A stretch of DNA of 61,802 nt, filler included. It is 5 parts of 5 records of this genome, joined end to end, with 100 filler letters (N's around TTAATTAATTAA, not from the genome) between each part and the next. Parts side by side here need not be neighbours in the genome. Positions count along the whole stretch, not along the records: positions 36,979 to 44,039 come from SRR22947727_3954; positions 44,140 to 56,026 come from SRR22947727_3955; 3 more parts are not named here. One strand, given 5' to 3'. Positions 39,719 through 49,175 of this stretch are shown here, piece after piece. How positions within the stretch are numbered: the first letter of the stretch is position 1; each line of letters opens with the position of its first letter. The position numbers and the translations under genes are program-made. Under the pieces are notes generated by a model. It was not told the DNA's origin and ran no database searches. It was given only the letters and a program-made list of their open reading frames with translations.

Positions 39719-40401
39719 AAGAAAATATAGGTAATTTACTTCAAGAATTATCTAGCAATAAAAAGATTGATCATGGTGAGTTTAATATTAGAAATATAAT
39801 TGGTGTTTCTAAAAAAAAATCTTATGAACAAATCAAAATTGCATATTCATGCGGAATAAGAAGTTTTGGAGAAAACTATGTTCAAGAACTTGAGGGCAAA
39901 TATAAATTAAATGAGATAGATGGCCTTAATTTAGAATGGCATTTCATTGGCCCTATTCAGTCAAATAAAATTCGAAGTATTTCTAAGTATGCCTCTTGGG
40001 TTCACTCTATATGCAGAAAGAAAGAGGTAGATATTCTAGATAGTGAATGCCTCCTTCAAGGAAAGCTTATGAATATTCTAATTCAGGTAAATATCTCTAA
40101 CGAAGACACAAAAAGTGGGCTATTGCCTGAGGAATTAATGGACTTTGCTGAGTATATTGTTGAAGAGAAAAAAAATCTTTTGTTAAAAGGTATTATGGTC
40201 ATGCCTGCTCTTAGCGAAGACTCCTCTGAAACAATTAGGGTTATGAATAAATCTAAAGAATTGCATCAGGTAATGACAAAAGAATATTCCTTTGCTAATA
40301 CTTTGTCTATGGGGACTACATCTGATTACATGCATGCTATTGATTGTGGCTCTAGCATGATTAGAATAGGGGAATTAATTTTTGGTAAAAGACAGTTGTG
40401 A
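39703..40401 (+). CDS. yggS: PLP homeostasis protein
   Basis: GVSK, FGENYVQE, WHFIGPIQSNK, LSMG, IRIG..IFG.R. Confidence 0.93.
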   Translation: MHKEIEENIGNLLQELSSNKKIDHGEFNIRNIIGVSKKKSYEQIKIAYSCGIRSFGENYVQELEGKYKLNEIDGLNLEWHFIGPIQSNKIRSISKYASWVHSICRKKEVDILDSECLLQGKLMNILIQVNISNEDTKSGLLPEELMDFAEYIVEEKKNLLLKGIMVMPALSEDSSETIRVMNKSKELHQVMTKEYSFANTLSMGTTSDYMHAIDCGSSMIRIGELIFGKRQL

Positions 40402-41189
40402 ATATCTTATTCTTCGGTGGCGGGAACATAGCACAAGCTATAATAACTGGGCTAATTTCATCTGATTACGAGAAAGAATTAATACAATTCATTGATCGCA
40501 ACAAAGCAAATAAAAAAACTCTTAAGGGCTTAGGCATAAAAGAATCTAATTCTCTGCAAGTTGGAGATAATTTTGATCTTATTATTTTATGTGTTAAACC
40601 AAAGGATGCTGTGAGCGCTGTGGAAGAGATATCATCGGCTGTAAAAAACCCAAAAATACTTTCATTAGTAGCAGGAATTACTTCAAAAAGATATTTAACT
40701 ATTTCAGAGAATATTCGCTTAATTAGAGGCATGCCAAATACCTCATCTGAATTTAAGAAAGGCATTACAGCATTTTGTAATATCAATGCTCCAAAAAACT
40801 TATACGTTAAAGTTCAAAACCTTTTTTCACGTATTGGTGTTTTAGTAGATGTCAATTCTGAGAAAAAAATAGATGACTTTACTGGTCTGATTGGAAGCGG
40901 GCCTGCATATTTTTTTCATTTACTACAGGTTTATGAAAAAGAACTTCTAAAAATAACAGAAGGTAATGATAGGTTAACTAAATCGATAATCAGCAATCTA
41001 ATGATAGGTGTTGGAACGTCTATTGATAGTGACAAGTCTTTAGAAGAGTTGATTTCCTCGGTGGCATCAAAGAAAGGTACTACAGAGGCAGGGCTTAAAT
41101 CTATGAAAGCAAACAAAATCTCTTCCTCTTTTAAGAAATCTATCAAGGTGGCTATAAAAAGATCTAAGGAGATTTCAAGTGAATTCTAA
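40398..41189 (+). CDS. proC: Pyrroline-5-carboxylate reductase
   Basis: FGGGNI, VKPK, RGMPNT, GSGPAY, VASKKGTT. Confidence 0.93.
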   Translation: MNILFFGGGNIAQAIITGLISSDYEKELIQFIDRNKANKKTLKGLGIKESNSLQVGDNFDLIILCVKPKDAVSAVEEISSAVKNPKILSLVAGITSKRYLTISENIRLIRGMPNTSSEFKKGITAFCNINAPKNLYVKVQNLFSRIGVLVDVNSEKKIDDFTGLIGSGPAYFFHLLQVYEKELLKITEGNDRLTKSIISNLMIGVGTSIDSDKSLEELISSVASKKGTTEAGLKSMKANKISSSFKKSIKVAIKRSKEISSEF

Positions 41190-41706
41190 TTTAATTCAGC
41201 TCATTGCTCTTGTCAGCGGAATACTAAGCTACATAGTAAATTTATATTTTATTTTTAATATTCTTAGGGTTGACTACTTCAACCCCGTAGTAAAAATATT
41301 TGTAAAATTATTTAAGCCTATTTCTCAACTTGTATTTTTTGTGCCCAACCAAGCAGTCCTTGCATTAGTTATTGCTGTCTTATTAAAATTCTTTGGTTTT
41401 TATATGGCATATGGAACCGACTATGAGGTAGCCAATCTTCTTGTGATCGCTTTGCTTGCAACACTCAATATTACTTTGCAAATAATTCTTTATTCAATTA
41501 TTGGCGCTGTAATAATTAGCTGGGTTGCTCAAGACAATGATCATCCACTATTAAGACTAATAAATGAGATTTCAAACAAGGTGTTGGCTCCTGTAAAAAA
41601 TGTGATTCCTGCTTTTGGTGGTTTAGATATCTCTCCCTTATTTGGTTTGATACTTATTCAGTATCTGCAAAGTTTTCTTGGGGGGCTTATTCAGTCATTA
41701 GTATGA
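41179..41706 (+). CDS. yggT: YggT family membrane protein
   Basis: DYFNP, ISW, P.FGGLDISP; follows proC. Confidence 0.88.
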   Translation: MNSNLIQLIALVSGILSYIVNLYFIFNILRVDYFNPVVKIFVKLFKPISQLVFFVPNQAVLALVIAVLLKFFGFYMAYGTDYEVANLLVIALLATLNITLQIILYSIIGAVIISWVAQDNDHPLLRLINEISNKVLAPVKNVIPAFGGLDISPLFGLILIQYLQSFLGGLIQSLV

Positions 41707-42797
41707 AAACGATTTCAAAGACAATAAAATTTGAAGATAGTCTTGAGCTAGAATGCGGCACTGTATTACCTTCTTTTGAATTAATATTTGAAACATATGG
41801 CGAACTAAATAAAGATAAATCTAATGCAGTATTGGTGTGTCATGCATTTTCAGGCAATCACCATGCCGCAGGAGAGTCTGACCTAGACTCATCTATTGGC
41901 TGGTGGGATCAAATGATTGGACCAAATAAGGCCATTGACACAAATAAATACTTTGTTGTTTGTTCTAATAATATTGGTGGTTGCAGTGGGTCTTCTGGAC
42001 CCACATCCATCAACCCTGCTAACGGAGAAATTTATGGAGCTGACTTTCCTGTTGTATCAGTTGTCGATTGGGTAAATACTCAAAAAATACTAATGGATAG
42101 GTTAGAAATAAGTAAATGGGAGTTGGTGCTAGGTGGAAGTCTTGGGGGAATGCAGGCACTTCAGTGGGCTATCACATATCCTAAAAATATTAAAAAGGCA
42201 GGTATATTTGCAGCTGCTGCTCAGGCTAGCACACAAAATATAGCAATGAATGAAGTTGCAAGAGAATCTATACGAAAAGATGAGAATTTTCATAATGGGC
42301 ATTATTTAAAAAATAATACAAAGCCGAAGAAGGGTTTAAAAACTGCCCGAATGCTAGGGCACATAACATATCTTTCTGAGGAGCATATGGACCTTAGGTT
42401 TGGACGAAGATTTCAAGATGCTGAATCAAAAGTTGCTCGAGATGTAGATTTTCAGATCGAAAATTATCTTCAGTATAAAGGAGAGAAATTCTCAGATGCA
42501 TTTGATGCAAATACATATATATTAATGACAAAGGCCATGGATAATTTTGATCCATCTATGAATAATGATGGGGACCTTAAAAAAGCATTGTTAAAAATTC
42601 AGTCAAAACTTCTAATTATTGGTTTTAAAACTGATTGGCTGTTTCCTCCAAAAAAAGGGAAGGAAATTCAGCTCGCTGCTATGAAATCAGGAATAGAATC
42701 ATCATTTGTAGTTCTTGATGGAAAACATGGTCATGATAGCTTCCTGTTTATGTCAGAAAGATATTTTAAAATAATTAGATCTTTTATAGAGTCCTAA
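41703..42797 (+). CDS. metX: Homoserine O-acyltransferase
   Basis: CHAFSG, NNIGGC, GGSLGG, DWLFP, HGHDSFL. Confidence 0.94.
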   Translation: MKTISKTIKFEDSLELECGTVLPSFELIFETYGELNKDKSNAVLVCHAFSGNHHAAGESDLDSSIGWWDQMIGPNKAIDTNKYFVVCSNNIGGCSGSSGPTSINPANGEIYGADFPVVSVVDWVNTQKILMDRLEISKWELVLGGSLGGMQALQWAITYPKNIKKAGIFAAAAQASTQNIAMNEVARESIRKDENFHNGHYLKNNTKPKKGLKTARMLGHITYLSEEHMDLRFGRRFQDAESKVARDVDFQIENYLQYKGEKFSDAFDANTYILMTKAMDNFDPSMNNDGDLKKALLKIQSKLLIIGFKTDWLFPPKKGKEIQLAAMKSGIESSFVVLDGKHGHDSFLFMSERYFKIIRSFIES

Positions 42798-42798
42798 T

Positions 42799-43386
42799 AT
42801 GCCAATAACAGACATAATAAAAAATTGGATAGCTGAAGGTTCAAGTGTAATTGATTTTGGTTGTGGTGATGGGTCTTTGCTTTGCGAGCTCAAATCCTCA
42901 AAGAAAATTAATGGCTATGGTGTGGAGATTGATGCAGATCAAATAGAGTTATGTATAGAAAATGGTGTCTCTGTTGTCGAACAAGATATTGATCAAGGAA
43001 TCCAAGATTTCTTTTCTTTTAATTTTGATACAGCAATCATGGCGAGCTCCATACAATGTTTAAAGAACCCTGATGTTGCTCTGGAAAGGATGCTTGATAT
43101 TGCTGATAACTGTATCGTAACTCTTCCAAATTTTGGTCATTGGAGGTGCAGAATAGATGTCTTCTTGGGAAGAATGCCTGTTACAAAAAGTCTTCCTGTT
43201 TCTTGGTATGAAACCAATAATTATCATCTTTGTACAATAAAAGATTTTGAGGCTCTATGTGAAAAAAGAGGCTTTATTTTAGATAAAAGAAAATATTTAA
43301 ATGCATCGTTCAAAGAGAGTTGGCTGTCTTCATTTATGCCAAATCTTTTCGCTGCTGAAGGGGTATATTTAATTGCAAAAAAATAG
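42799..43386 (+). CDS. metW: Methionine biosynthesis protein MetW
   Basis: DFGCGDG.LL, PNFGHW..R, G.MP..LP.SWYET.N.HLCT; follows metX. Confidence 0.92.
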   Translation: MPITDIIKNWIAEGSSVIDFGCGDGSLLCELKSSKKINGYGVEIDADQIELCIENGVSVVEQDIDQGIQDFFSFNFDTAIMASSIQCLKNPDVALERMLDIADNCIVTLPNFGHWRCRIDVFLGRMPVTKSLPVSWYETNNYHLCTIKDFEALCEKRGFILDKRKYLNASFKESWLSSFMPNLFAAEGVYLIAKK

Positions 43387-43978
43387 AAAAGTTTTAATTG
43401 CTTCTTCTAATAAAGGAAAAATTGCGGAATTCGAAAAGATATTTTTAAATCTAGATCTTGTGTCACTTACAGATCTTGACATAGGCGATGCTATTGAGGA
43501 TGGCCTGAGCTTTCTTGAAAATGCTATAAAAAAAGCAAGGCATGGAGCTAAATATTCTGGTTTATATTCTATAGCAGATGATTCTGGGCTTGTTGTTCCA
43601 GATTTAAATTTTGAACCAGGAATATATTCTGCTAGATATGCAGGAGAGGCATCAACGGATAAGCTTAATAGAGAAAAATTAATAACATCTATTGCAAATC
43701 TTGGAGAAGAATCTCTAGATGCTTATTATGTTTGCATTATTGTGGGTATGGTTAACGAAAAAGATCCTATGCCTATAGTTGCCTCTGGAAAAATTCATGG
43801 CAAAGTTTCAATACACGAAAGTGGTGATGGTGGATTTGGTTATGACAAACTCTTTTATCCAAATGATTTTAAATCATCAATGGCATCAATTGATGCTGAT
43901 ATTAAAAATGAAATTAGTCACAGGGGTCTGGCTGCCTCAGCATTTATAAAAAAATTTAATGGCATTGAATCTATCTAA
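43373..43978 (+). CDS. rdgB: dITP/XTP pyrophosphatase
   Basis: [33 protein letters not shown]. Confidence 0.95.
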   Translation: MQKNRKVLIASSNKGKIAEFEKIFLNLDLVSLTDLDIGDAIEDGLSFLENAIKKARHGAKYSGLYSIADDSGLVVPDLNFEPGIYSARYAGEASTDKLNREKLITSIANLGEESLDAYYVCIIVGMVNEKDPMPIVASGKIHGKVSIHESGDGGFGYDKLFYPNDFKSSMASIDADIKNEISHRGLAASAFIKKFNGIESI

Positions 43979-44039
43979 TATTCCATTAAGTTTATACATC
44001 CATCTGCCTTGGTGTGAAAAAAAATGTCCATATTGTGAT
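43959..44039 (+). CDS. hemW: Radical SAM heme chaperone HemW, N-terminus only (not in ORF track)
   Basis: Reads [27 protein letters not shown] (CxxxCxxC motif); follows rdgB. Confidence 0.88.
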
Positions 44040-44139
44040 NNNNNNNNNNNNNNNNNNNNNNNNNNNNNNNNNNNNNNNNNNNNTTAATTAATTAANNNNN
44101 NNNNNNNNNNNNNNNNNNNNNNNNNNNNNNNNNNNNNNN
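44040..44139. other. Artificial contig linker
   Basis: 44 N + TTAATTAATTAA + 44 N. Confidence 0.99.
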
Positions 44140-44735
44140 AAGGCCCGACGATACGTATCTATTTTAAAGGTCTTTTGAACCCCTGGTGGCACATATATGT
44201 CGAGATATTGCGGATCGGCGGCTATCCCGTCGACTGGACCTTTTTTACCCCAATATTCACCGACAATCACCTTCACGCGCGTGCCATCATCGTCAATGAC
44301 CTCGGGAATTTCCTTGCCGGCCACATCTTGATATCTCGGGTCCGTCATCTTCAAACTGCCGGGTAAATTTCCCCAAAGTTGGAAGCCATGCATCTGTCCG
44401 TTGCGATTGCCCTGGGGCATTTCTTGATGCATGATCCCCCGGCCCGCGGTCATCCATTGCACATCGCCAGCGCCGAGCGTGCCTTTATTTCCAAGGCTAT
44501 CGCCGTGTTCCACACTGCCCGAGAGCACATAGGTGATGGTTTCAATGCCGCGGTGCGGATGCCACGGAAAGCCCTTTTCAAAATCTTCCGTCAATTCATT
44601 GCGAAAATCGTCAAAGAGCAAAAACGGATCCATTTCCGAGGGATCTTGAAATCCAAAAGCGCGGTGCAGTTTGACGCCGGCCCCTTCCAAGGTGGGGGTG
44701 GCTTGCCGTGTTTCAAGTGTGGGGCGTAGTGACAT
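44140..44735 (-). CDS. Pirin family protein (3' truncated)
   Basis: DPFLLFD, GFPWHPHRGIET, QWMTAG.GI.HQE, QLW.NLP. Confidence 0.93.
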
Positions 44736-44791
44736 GAGCTTATCCTTTTTGGCTTAGTTGAGAGATAAGCCACAGCGATGTGAAATCAATA

Positions 44792-45937
44792 TCACGTTCG
44801 TGACCACCATTGCGCGGGTTTCAACCGTCCCTGGCGCCAGCGGTCCAGCCAGAGCGCTAGACCTCGCGCCGGTGAGAGTGCTAATTTGAGCCAAAGCCTT
44901 TGCGGCCAGCTCCTGAAGTCGCGGTTGAAGGGGCAAACGCGCATGCAAATCGCACAATCACTGCTGAGTTTGGTCCAAAACGAAAAGCATTTCTCCGCAT
45001 CAGAGGTCCATTTTTTGACACCTTGAATGGCAGACGGGCCGCCACCAAATTTGGGTGGGTCCAGCGGGAGGGCTTTGACCGGGCAGGCGTCGGCACATTT
45101 GGTGCAGATATCGCAAAATTTCGCGACCCCCGGTCGTTTTGGCCGGTCCGTCGCCAGAGGCATATTGGTAAAAATTTTTGAAAACCGCAGCCTCGGCCCG
45201 AACTGCGGTGTGATAACCAATTGATTTCTGGCGTATTCGCCCAAGCCCGCTTGCACTGCCATGGGGATGACCAGGCCGGTGTCGTTCATGGAGGCCACGG
45301 CCTGATAGCCCAGATTGCGAATATAGGCCGCCAGCTGCATGACAATGGCCGCCTCATGGCTGTATTCGCGCCCCGTGGCGGCACCTCCAAGGGCGGAGGG
45401 GTAACTGCGGACCAATTCGAGATCCATCTCGTGGCCGAGCACCACCACATGCGTTAGCCCCTCTGGCAGGCCAAGGGGCGCTGTGGACATGTCACGCACA
45501 TCGACCCGATCCTCATAAAGCCAGCGGGGATCCAGATCGGTCACGCCGCAGAGATCTGCACCAAAGAAAACTGCCGCTTTTTTGACATTGGCGCTGGCGG
45601 CGCTTGGGGTTTCAAAATGTACTTTTTCCCCAGCCACGGGCGTGTCATTGCTGATGGGGGCTTGGAAGCCTTCGCGCCTGCCGTCGGCGGCGAAACGATC
45701 TGTCATAATGTCCGAAATCAACCAACTGGCATTGCGCAGGGCAAAATCTTTTTGTGTGAATCCGTCGCCCCGGCGGGGGGTGGCTTCCATGCGATAGCTC
45801 GCAAAAAAGGCCTGTGACGCCGCACTGCGGACGGTATCGTCCCAAAATGCGCGGGAGAACACATCATTGCGTTGCGAAAATCTTTTGAATTGCGGTGTGG
45901 TTTCGATGCCAGCGGCAAGATCGTCTGGGTTTTCCAT
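44792..45937 (-). CDS. Reductive dehalogenase-like cobalamin / 2x[4Fe-4S] protein, no TAT leader
   Basis: FFGADLCG, IRNLGYQA, AGLGEYARN...ITPQFGPRLR..TNMPL, CDICTKCADACP, C..W...CAICMRVCPF. Confidence 0.85.
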   Translation of the reverse strand: MENPDDLAAGIETTPQFKRFSQRNDVFSRAFWDDTVRSAASQAFFASYRMEATPRRGDGFTQKDFALRNASWLISDIMTDRFAADGRREGFQAPISNDTPVAGEKVHFETPSAASANVKKAAVFFGADLCGVTDLDPRWLYEDRVDVRDMSTAPLGLPEGLTHVVVLGHEMDLELVRSYPSALGGAATGREYSHEAAIVMQLAAYIRNLGYQAVASMNDTGLVIPMAVQAGLGEYARNQLVITPQFGPRLRFSKIFTNMPLATDRPKRPGVAKFCDICTKCADACPVKALPLDPPKFGGGPSAIQGVKKWTSDAEKCFSFWTKLSSDCAICMRVCPFNRDFRSWPQRLWLKLALSPARGLALWLDRWRQGRLKPAQWWSRT

Positions 45938-46044
45938 GAAAACACACTGCAAAATCACCAGCCGGATGACAAGCGTCGCAAATGAGGGCGACATGTCGCC
46001 AATGGTTGCTTTTCTACGGTCAAAGTTCATTTGGGAGAGAAGAC

Positions 46045-46989
46045 ATGAAAGTTGGATTTATTGGCTTGGGCAATGTTGGGGGCAAATTGGCGGGCAGTTT
46101 GCTGCGCAACGGCATGGATCTCAGCGTTCATGATCTTAACGATAGCTTTGTGGCAGATTTTGTGTCGCGTGGGGCCAAAGACGGGTCAAGCCCAGCGCAA
46201 TTGATGCAGGACTGTGATGCCGTCATTACCTGCCTGCCCAGCCCTGCCGCCTGTGATGCGGTGGTCAGTGAGATGTTGCCGCATGTCGGGCCCGGCAAGA
46301 TTTGGATGGAGATGTCAACGACAGATGCCAGTGAGGTGAAGCGGCTTGGGGCTTTGGTTTTGGCCGCGGGCGGTGAAGCGGTGGATTGCCCCGTGTCAGG
46401 CGGCTGCCATCGGGCCGACACGGGCAATATTTCTATCTATGCCGGCTGCACCCGTGCGACCTTTGACAAGGTTCTGCCAATCCTAACCCATATGGGGCGG
46501 CGCATTTTGCATGTGGGAGAGATTGGCAATTCCAGTACTTTGAAAGTGATGACCAATTACCTCGCCACAGCCAATTTGATCACGGTTTGCGAAGCACTGA
46601 CCGTGATGAAAGCCGCTGGAATGGACCTTGGCATGACCTATGAGGCCATCGCGATGTCCTCTGGCACCTCCTTTGTGCATGAAACCGAAAGCCAGTTGAT
46701 CCTTTCGGGATCGCGCGATGTGAATTTCACAATGGATTTGGTGCAAAAGGACATTGGCCTATTTCAAAAGATTGCCGATGATCACGGCGTGCCTTTGGAA
46801 ATTTCTCCGATGATCATTGATATCATGAGCGATGGGCAAAAACGCTATGGCGTCCGTGCGCAATCGGATCGGATCATTGAGCGTCTGGAGGAGGCTACCG
46901 GATTGAGCATTCAAGCTCCTGGCTTTCCGCAAGAACTTATTGATGATGAACCCGAAGAGCGCGGCTATGAGGTGGTGGTGCGCCGCTAA
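46045..46989 (+). CDS. Beta-hydroxyacid dehydrogenase family (3-hydroxyisobutyrate dehydrogenase-like)
   Basis: GFIGLGNVG, DCPVSGG, LKVMTN, KDIG; GGGAGAG RBS. Confidence 0.9.
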   Translation: MKVGFIGLGNVGGKLAGSLLRNGMDLSVHDLNDSFVADFVSRGAKDGSSPAQLMQDCDAVITCLPSPAACDAVVSEMLPHVGPGKIWMEMSTTDASEVKRLGALVLAAGGEAVDCPVSGGCHRADTGNISIYAGCTRATFDKVLPILTHMGRRILHVGEIGNSSTLKVMTNYLATANLITVCEALTVMKAAGMDLGMTYEAIAMSSGTSFVHETESQLILSGSRDVNFTMDLVQKDIGLFQKIADDHGVPLEISPMIIDIMSDGQKRYGVRAQSDRIIERLEEATGLSIQAPGFPQELIDDEPEERGYEVVVRR

Positions 46990-47078
46990 GGCAAAGTTTA
47001 ACCTTCCATCTTGGCGCGTTTCAAGGCAGGTAGACCGCGAGGCGCCCGCCTCAAAGGTGAAATTTGAGGAAGGCCGAA

Positions 47079-47576
47079 ATGTCAGATTCTGTAATCGCGC
47101 GACTCAAAGCCTCGACGGTGCGTCGCGGCTTTGCCCTTTTTGTCATGATGCTGCTCGGATTTTTGCTTTTATACCTGACGGCCACCATTGATGCGGGATT
47201 TGTGCATAAGGCGTTCTTGGTTGGGATTGCTGCGGCAGTGCTGTGGATGGCGCGCGCTATGCAAAGGGGCACCAAGGGCCATATTGAGCTGCGCGCCTCG
47301 GGGCTCTATTTTGAAGACGGCCGCGTTTTGGCCGCGTTGGATGACATTTTGCGCGTCGAGCGCGGCGTGTTCGCATTCAAACCCTCCAATGGCTTCGTTG
47401 TGACCTTGCAAAACAAGACAGAGCGGGCCTGGATCCCAGGCCTCTATTGGAAATTCGGCACGCGGGTCGGTATCGGCGGGGTGACGGCGCCGTCTGAGGC
47501 GAAATTTATGTCGGACAGTTTAGCGGTTTTGCTCGAAGAGCGCGCAGATTCTCCCTTAATGAACATGAAATTATGA
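47079..47576 (+). CDS. Hypothetical membrane protein (2 TM + soluble domain)
   Basis: Two hydrophobic helices; VERGVFAFKPSNGF..W.PGLYW..G.RVGIGGV; GAGG RBS. Confidence 0.75.
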   Translation: MSDSVIARLKASTVRRGFALFVMMLLGFLLLYLTATIDAGFVHKAFLVGIAAAVLWMARAMQRGTKGHIELRASGLYFEDGRVLAALDDILRVERGVFAFKPSNGFVVTLQNKTERAWIPGLYWKFGTRVGIGGVTAPSEAKFMSDSLAVLLEERADSPLMNMKL

Positions 47577-47654
47577 GAAAATAGGCGTTTTATTTCACAT
47601 GAGCCGCCGTAAGCTGAGGGCAGTATATTTCAACTGCTATTCAGGATAGGTTTC

Positions 47655-49091
47655 ATGAAGGACGCCAACGCATCTGAGCCAAGTTTTCGCGACAGTGTAG
47701 ATATAATGTTCAATCGCGCCGTGGCGCTTTTGGATTTATCGCCGGGATTGGCGGAAAAGATTAGGGTCTGTAATGCCACCTATACGGTGCGCTTTGGGGT
47801 GCGCCTGCGCGGCCAGATGACCACATTCACAGGCTACCGCGCCGTCCATTCGGAACATATGGAGCCGGTTAAAGGTGGCATTCGGTATGCGTTGGGCGTT
47901 AACCAAGATGAGGTGGAGGCGCTTGCCGCTTTGATGACCTATAAATGTGCTTTGGTTGATGCACCTTATGGCGGCTCGAAGGGCGGCCTGCGGATTGATC
48001 CTTTGGCCTATGATGAGCATGAATTAGAGCAAATCACCCGACGCTTTGCCTATGAGCTGATCAAACGTGATTTGATCCACCCGTCGCAAAACGTGCCGGC
48101 TCCGGATATGGGCACGGGCGAGCGGGAAATGGCATGGATTGCTGATCAATATCAGCGGATGCATACAACGGACATTAATGCCCGGGCCTGCGTCACTGGC
48201 AAGCCGGTGAGCGGCGGCGGGATTGAAGGGCGCACGGAAGCGACTGGCCGCGGCGTGCAATATGCCTTGCAAGAGTTCTTCCGTCATCCTGAAGATCTCG
48301 CAGCGGCTGGGCTGTCAGGGGAGCTCGAGTCCAAGGCCATTATTGTGCAAGGGCTTGGCAACGTGGGGTATCACGCAGCGAAATTTTTAAGTGAAGAAGA
48401 TGGTGCGCGGATCACCGGGGTGATTGAGCGGGACGGAGCGGTGCAAAACCCCGATGGCCTGGATATTGAGGCGCTCAAGACCTGGATCGCCGAACATGGC
48501 GGGGTGAAGGGGTTTGAAGGCGGCAGCTATACCGCCGACGGGGCCAGCGTTTTGGAGGCAGATTGTGATATCTTAATCCCCGCGGCCTTAGAGGGGGTTA
48601 TCCACCGTGATAACGCCAATCGGGTGCAGGCGCGTTTGATCGTCGAGGCGGCGAATGGGCCAGTGACGGCCGGGGCGGATGCGATCCTGCGTGAGCGGGG
48701 CGTGGTGATTATCCCGGATATGTACGCCAACGCGGGCGGCGTGACGGTGTCTTATTTCGAATGGGTGAAAAACCTTAGCCATATTCGCTTTGGCCGCATG
48801 GAACGCCGCCGCGAGGAATCGCGCAACCAGCTTATCGTCAATGAGTTGGAGCGGTTGAGCAAATCCAGCAACGTCAATTGGCAGCTGACTCCGAATTTTA
48901 AGGAGAAATATCTGAAAGGCGCCAGTGAATTAGAACTGGTGCGCTCTGGCCTCGATGACACGATGCGCGGCGCATACAACGACATGGCAGAGGTGTGGCG
49001 GCGGCGTGCCGATGTGCCAGATCTGCGAACCGCTGCCTATCTGGTCAGCATCCAAAAGGTCGCCGCATCGTACAAAAACAAGGGATTGTAG
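47655..49091 (+). CDS. gdhA: Glu/Leu/Phe/Val dehydrogenase (glutamate dehydrogenase)
   Basis: KGGIRY, MTYKCA, GGSKGG, VPAPD, GRTEATG, QGLGNVG, NAGGVTVSYFEW. Confidence 0.94.
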   Translation: MKDANASEPSFRDSVDIMFNRAVALLDLSPGLAEKIRVCNATYTVRFGVRLRGQMTTFTGYRAVHSEHMEPVKGGIRYALGVNQDEVEALAALMTYKCALVDAPYGGSKGGLRIDPLAYDEHELEQITRRFAYELIKRDLIHPSQNVPAPDMGTGEREMAWIADQYQRMHTTDINARACVTGKPVSGGGIEGRTEATGRGVQYALQEFFRHPEDLAAAGLSGELESKAIIVQGLGNVGYHAAKFLSEEDGARITGVIERDGAVQNPDGLDIEALKTWIAEHGGVKGFEGGSYTADGASVLEADCDILIPAALEGVIHRDNANRVQARLIVEAANGPVTAGADAILRERGVVIIPDMYANAGGVTVSYFEWVKNLSHIRFGRMERRREESRNQLIVNELERLSKSSNVNWQLTPNFKEKYLKGASELELVRSGLDDTMRGAYNDMAEVWRRRADVPDLRTAAYLVSIQKVAASYKNKGL

Positions 49092-49175
49092 CTCAATTGA
49101 CAGTGCCGCGACCGAAAAGGTAGGTAGCAGTTGGGGTTGCGATCATGCGCAGCTGCCTTTTGGAGATGTATAGTT

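Noticed and set aside
44779-44796. TGTGA-N8-TCACG upstream of pirin as a CRP/FNR site
   Set aside because: Spacer is 8 nt rather than 6, and the right half overlaps the upstream stop codon
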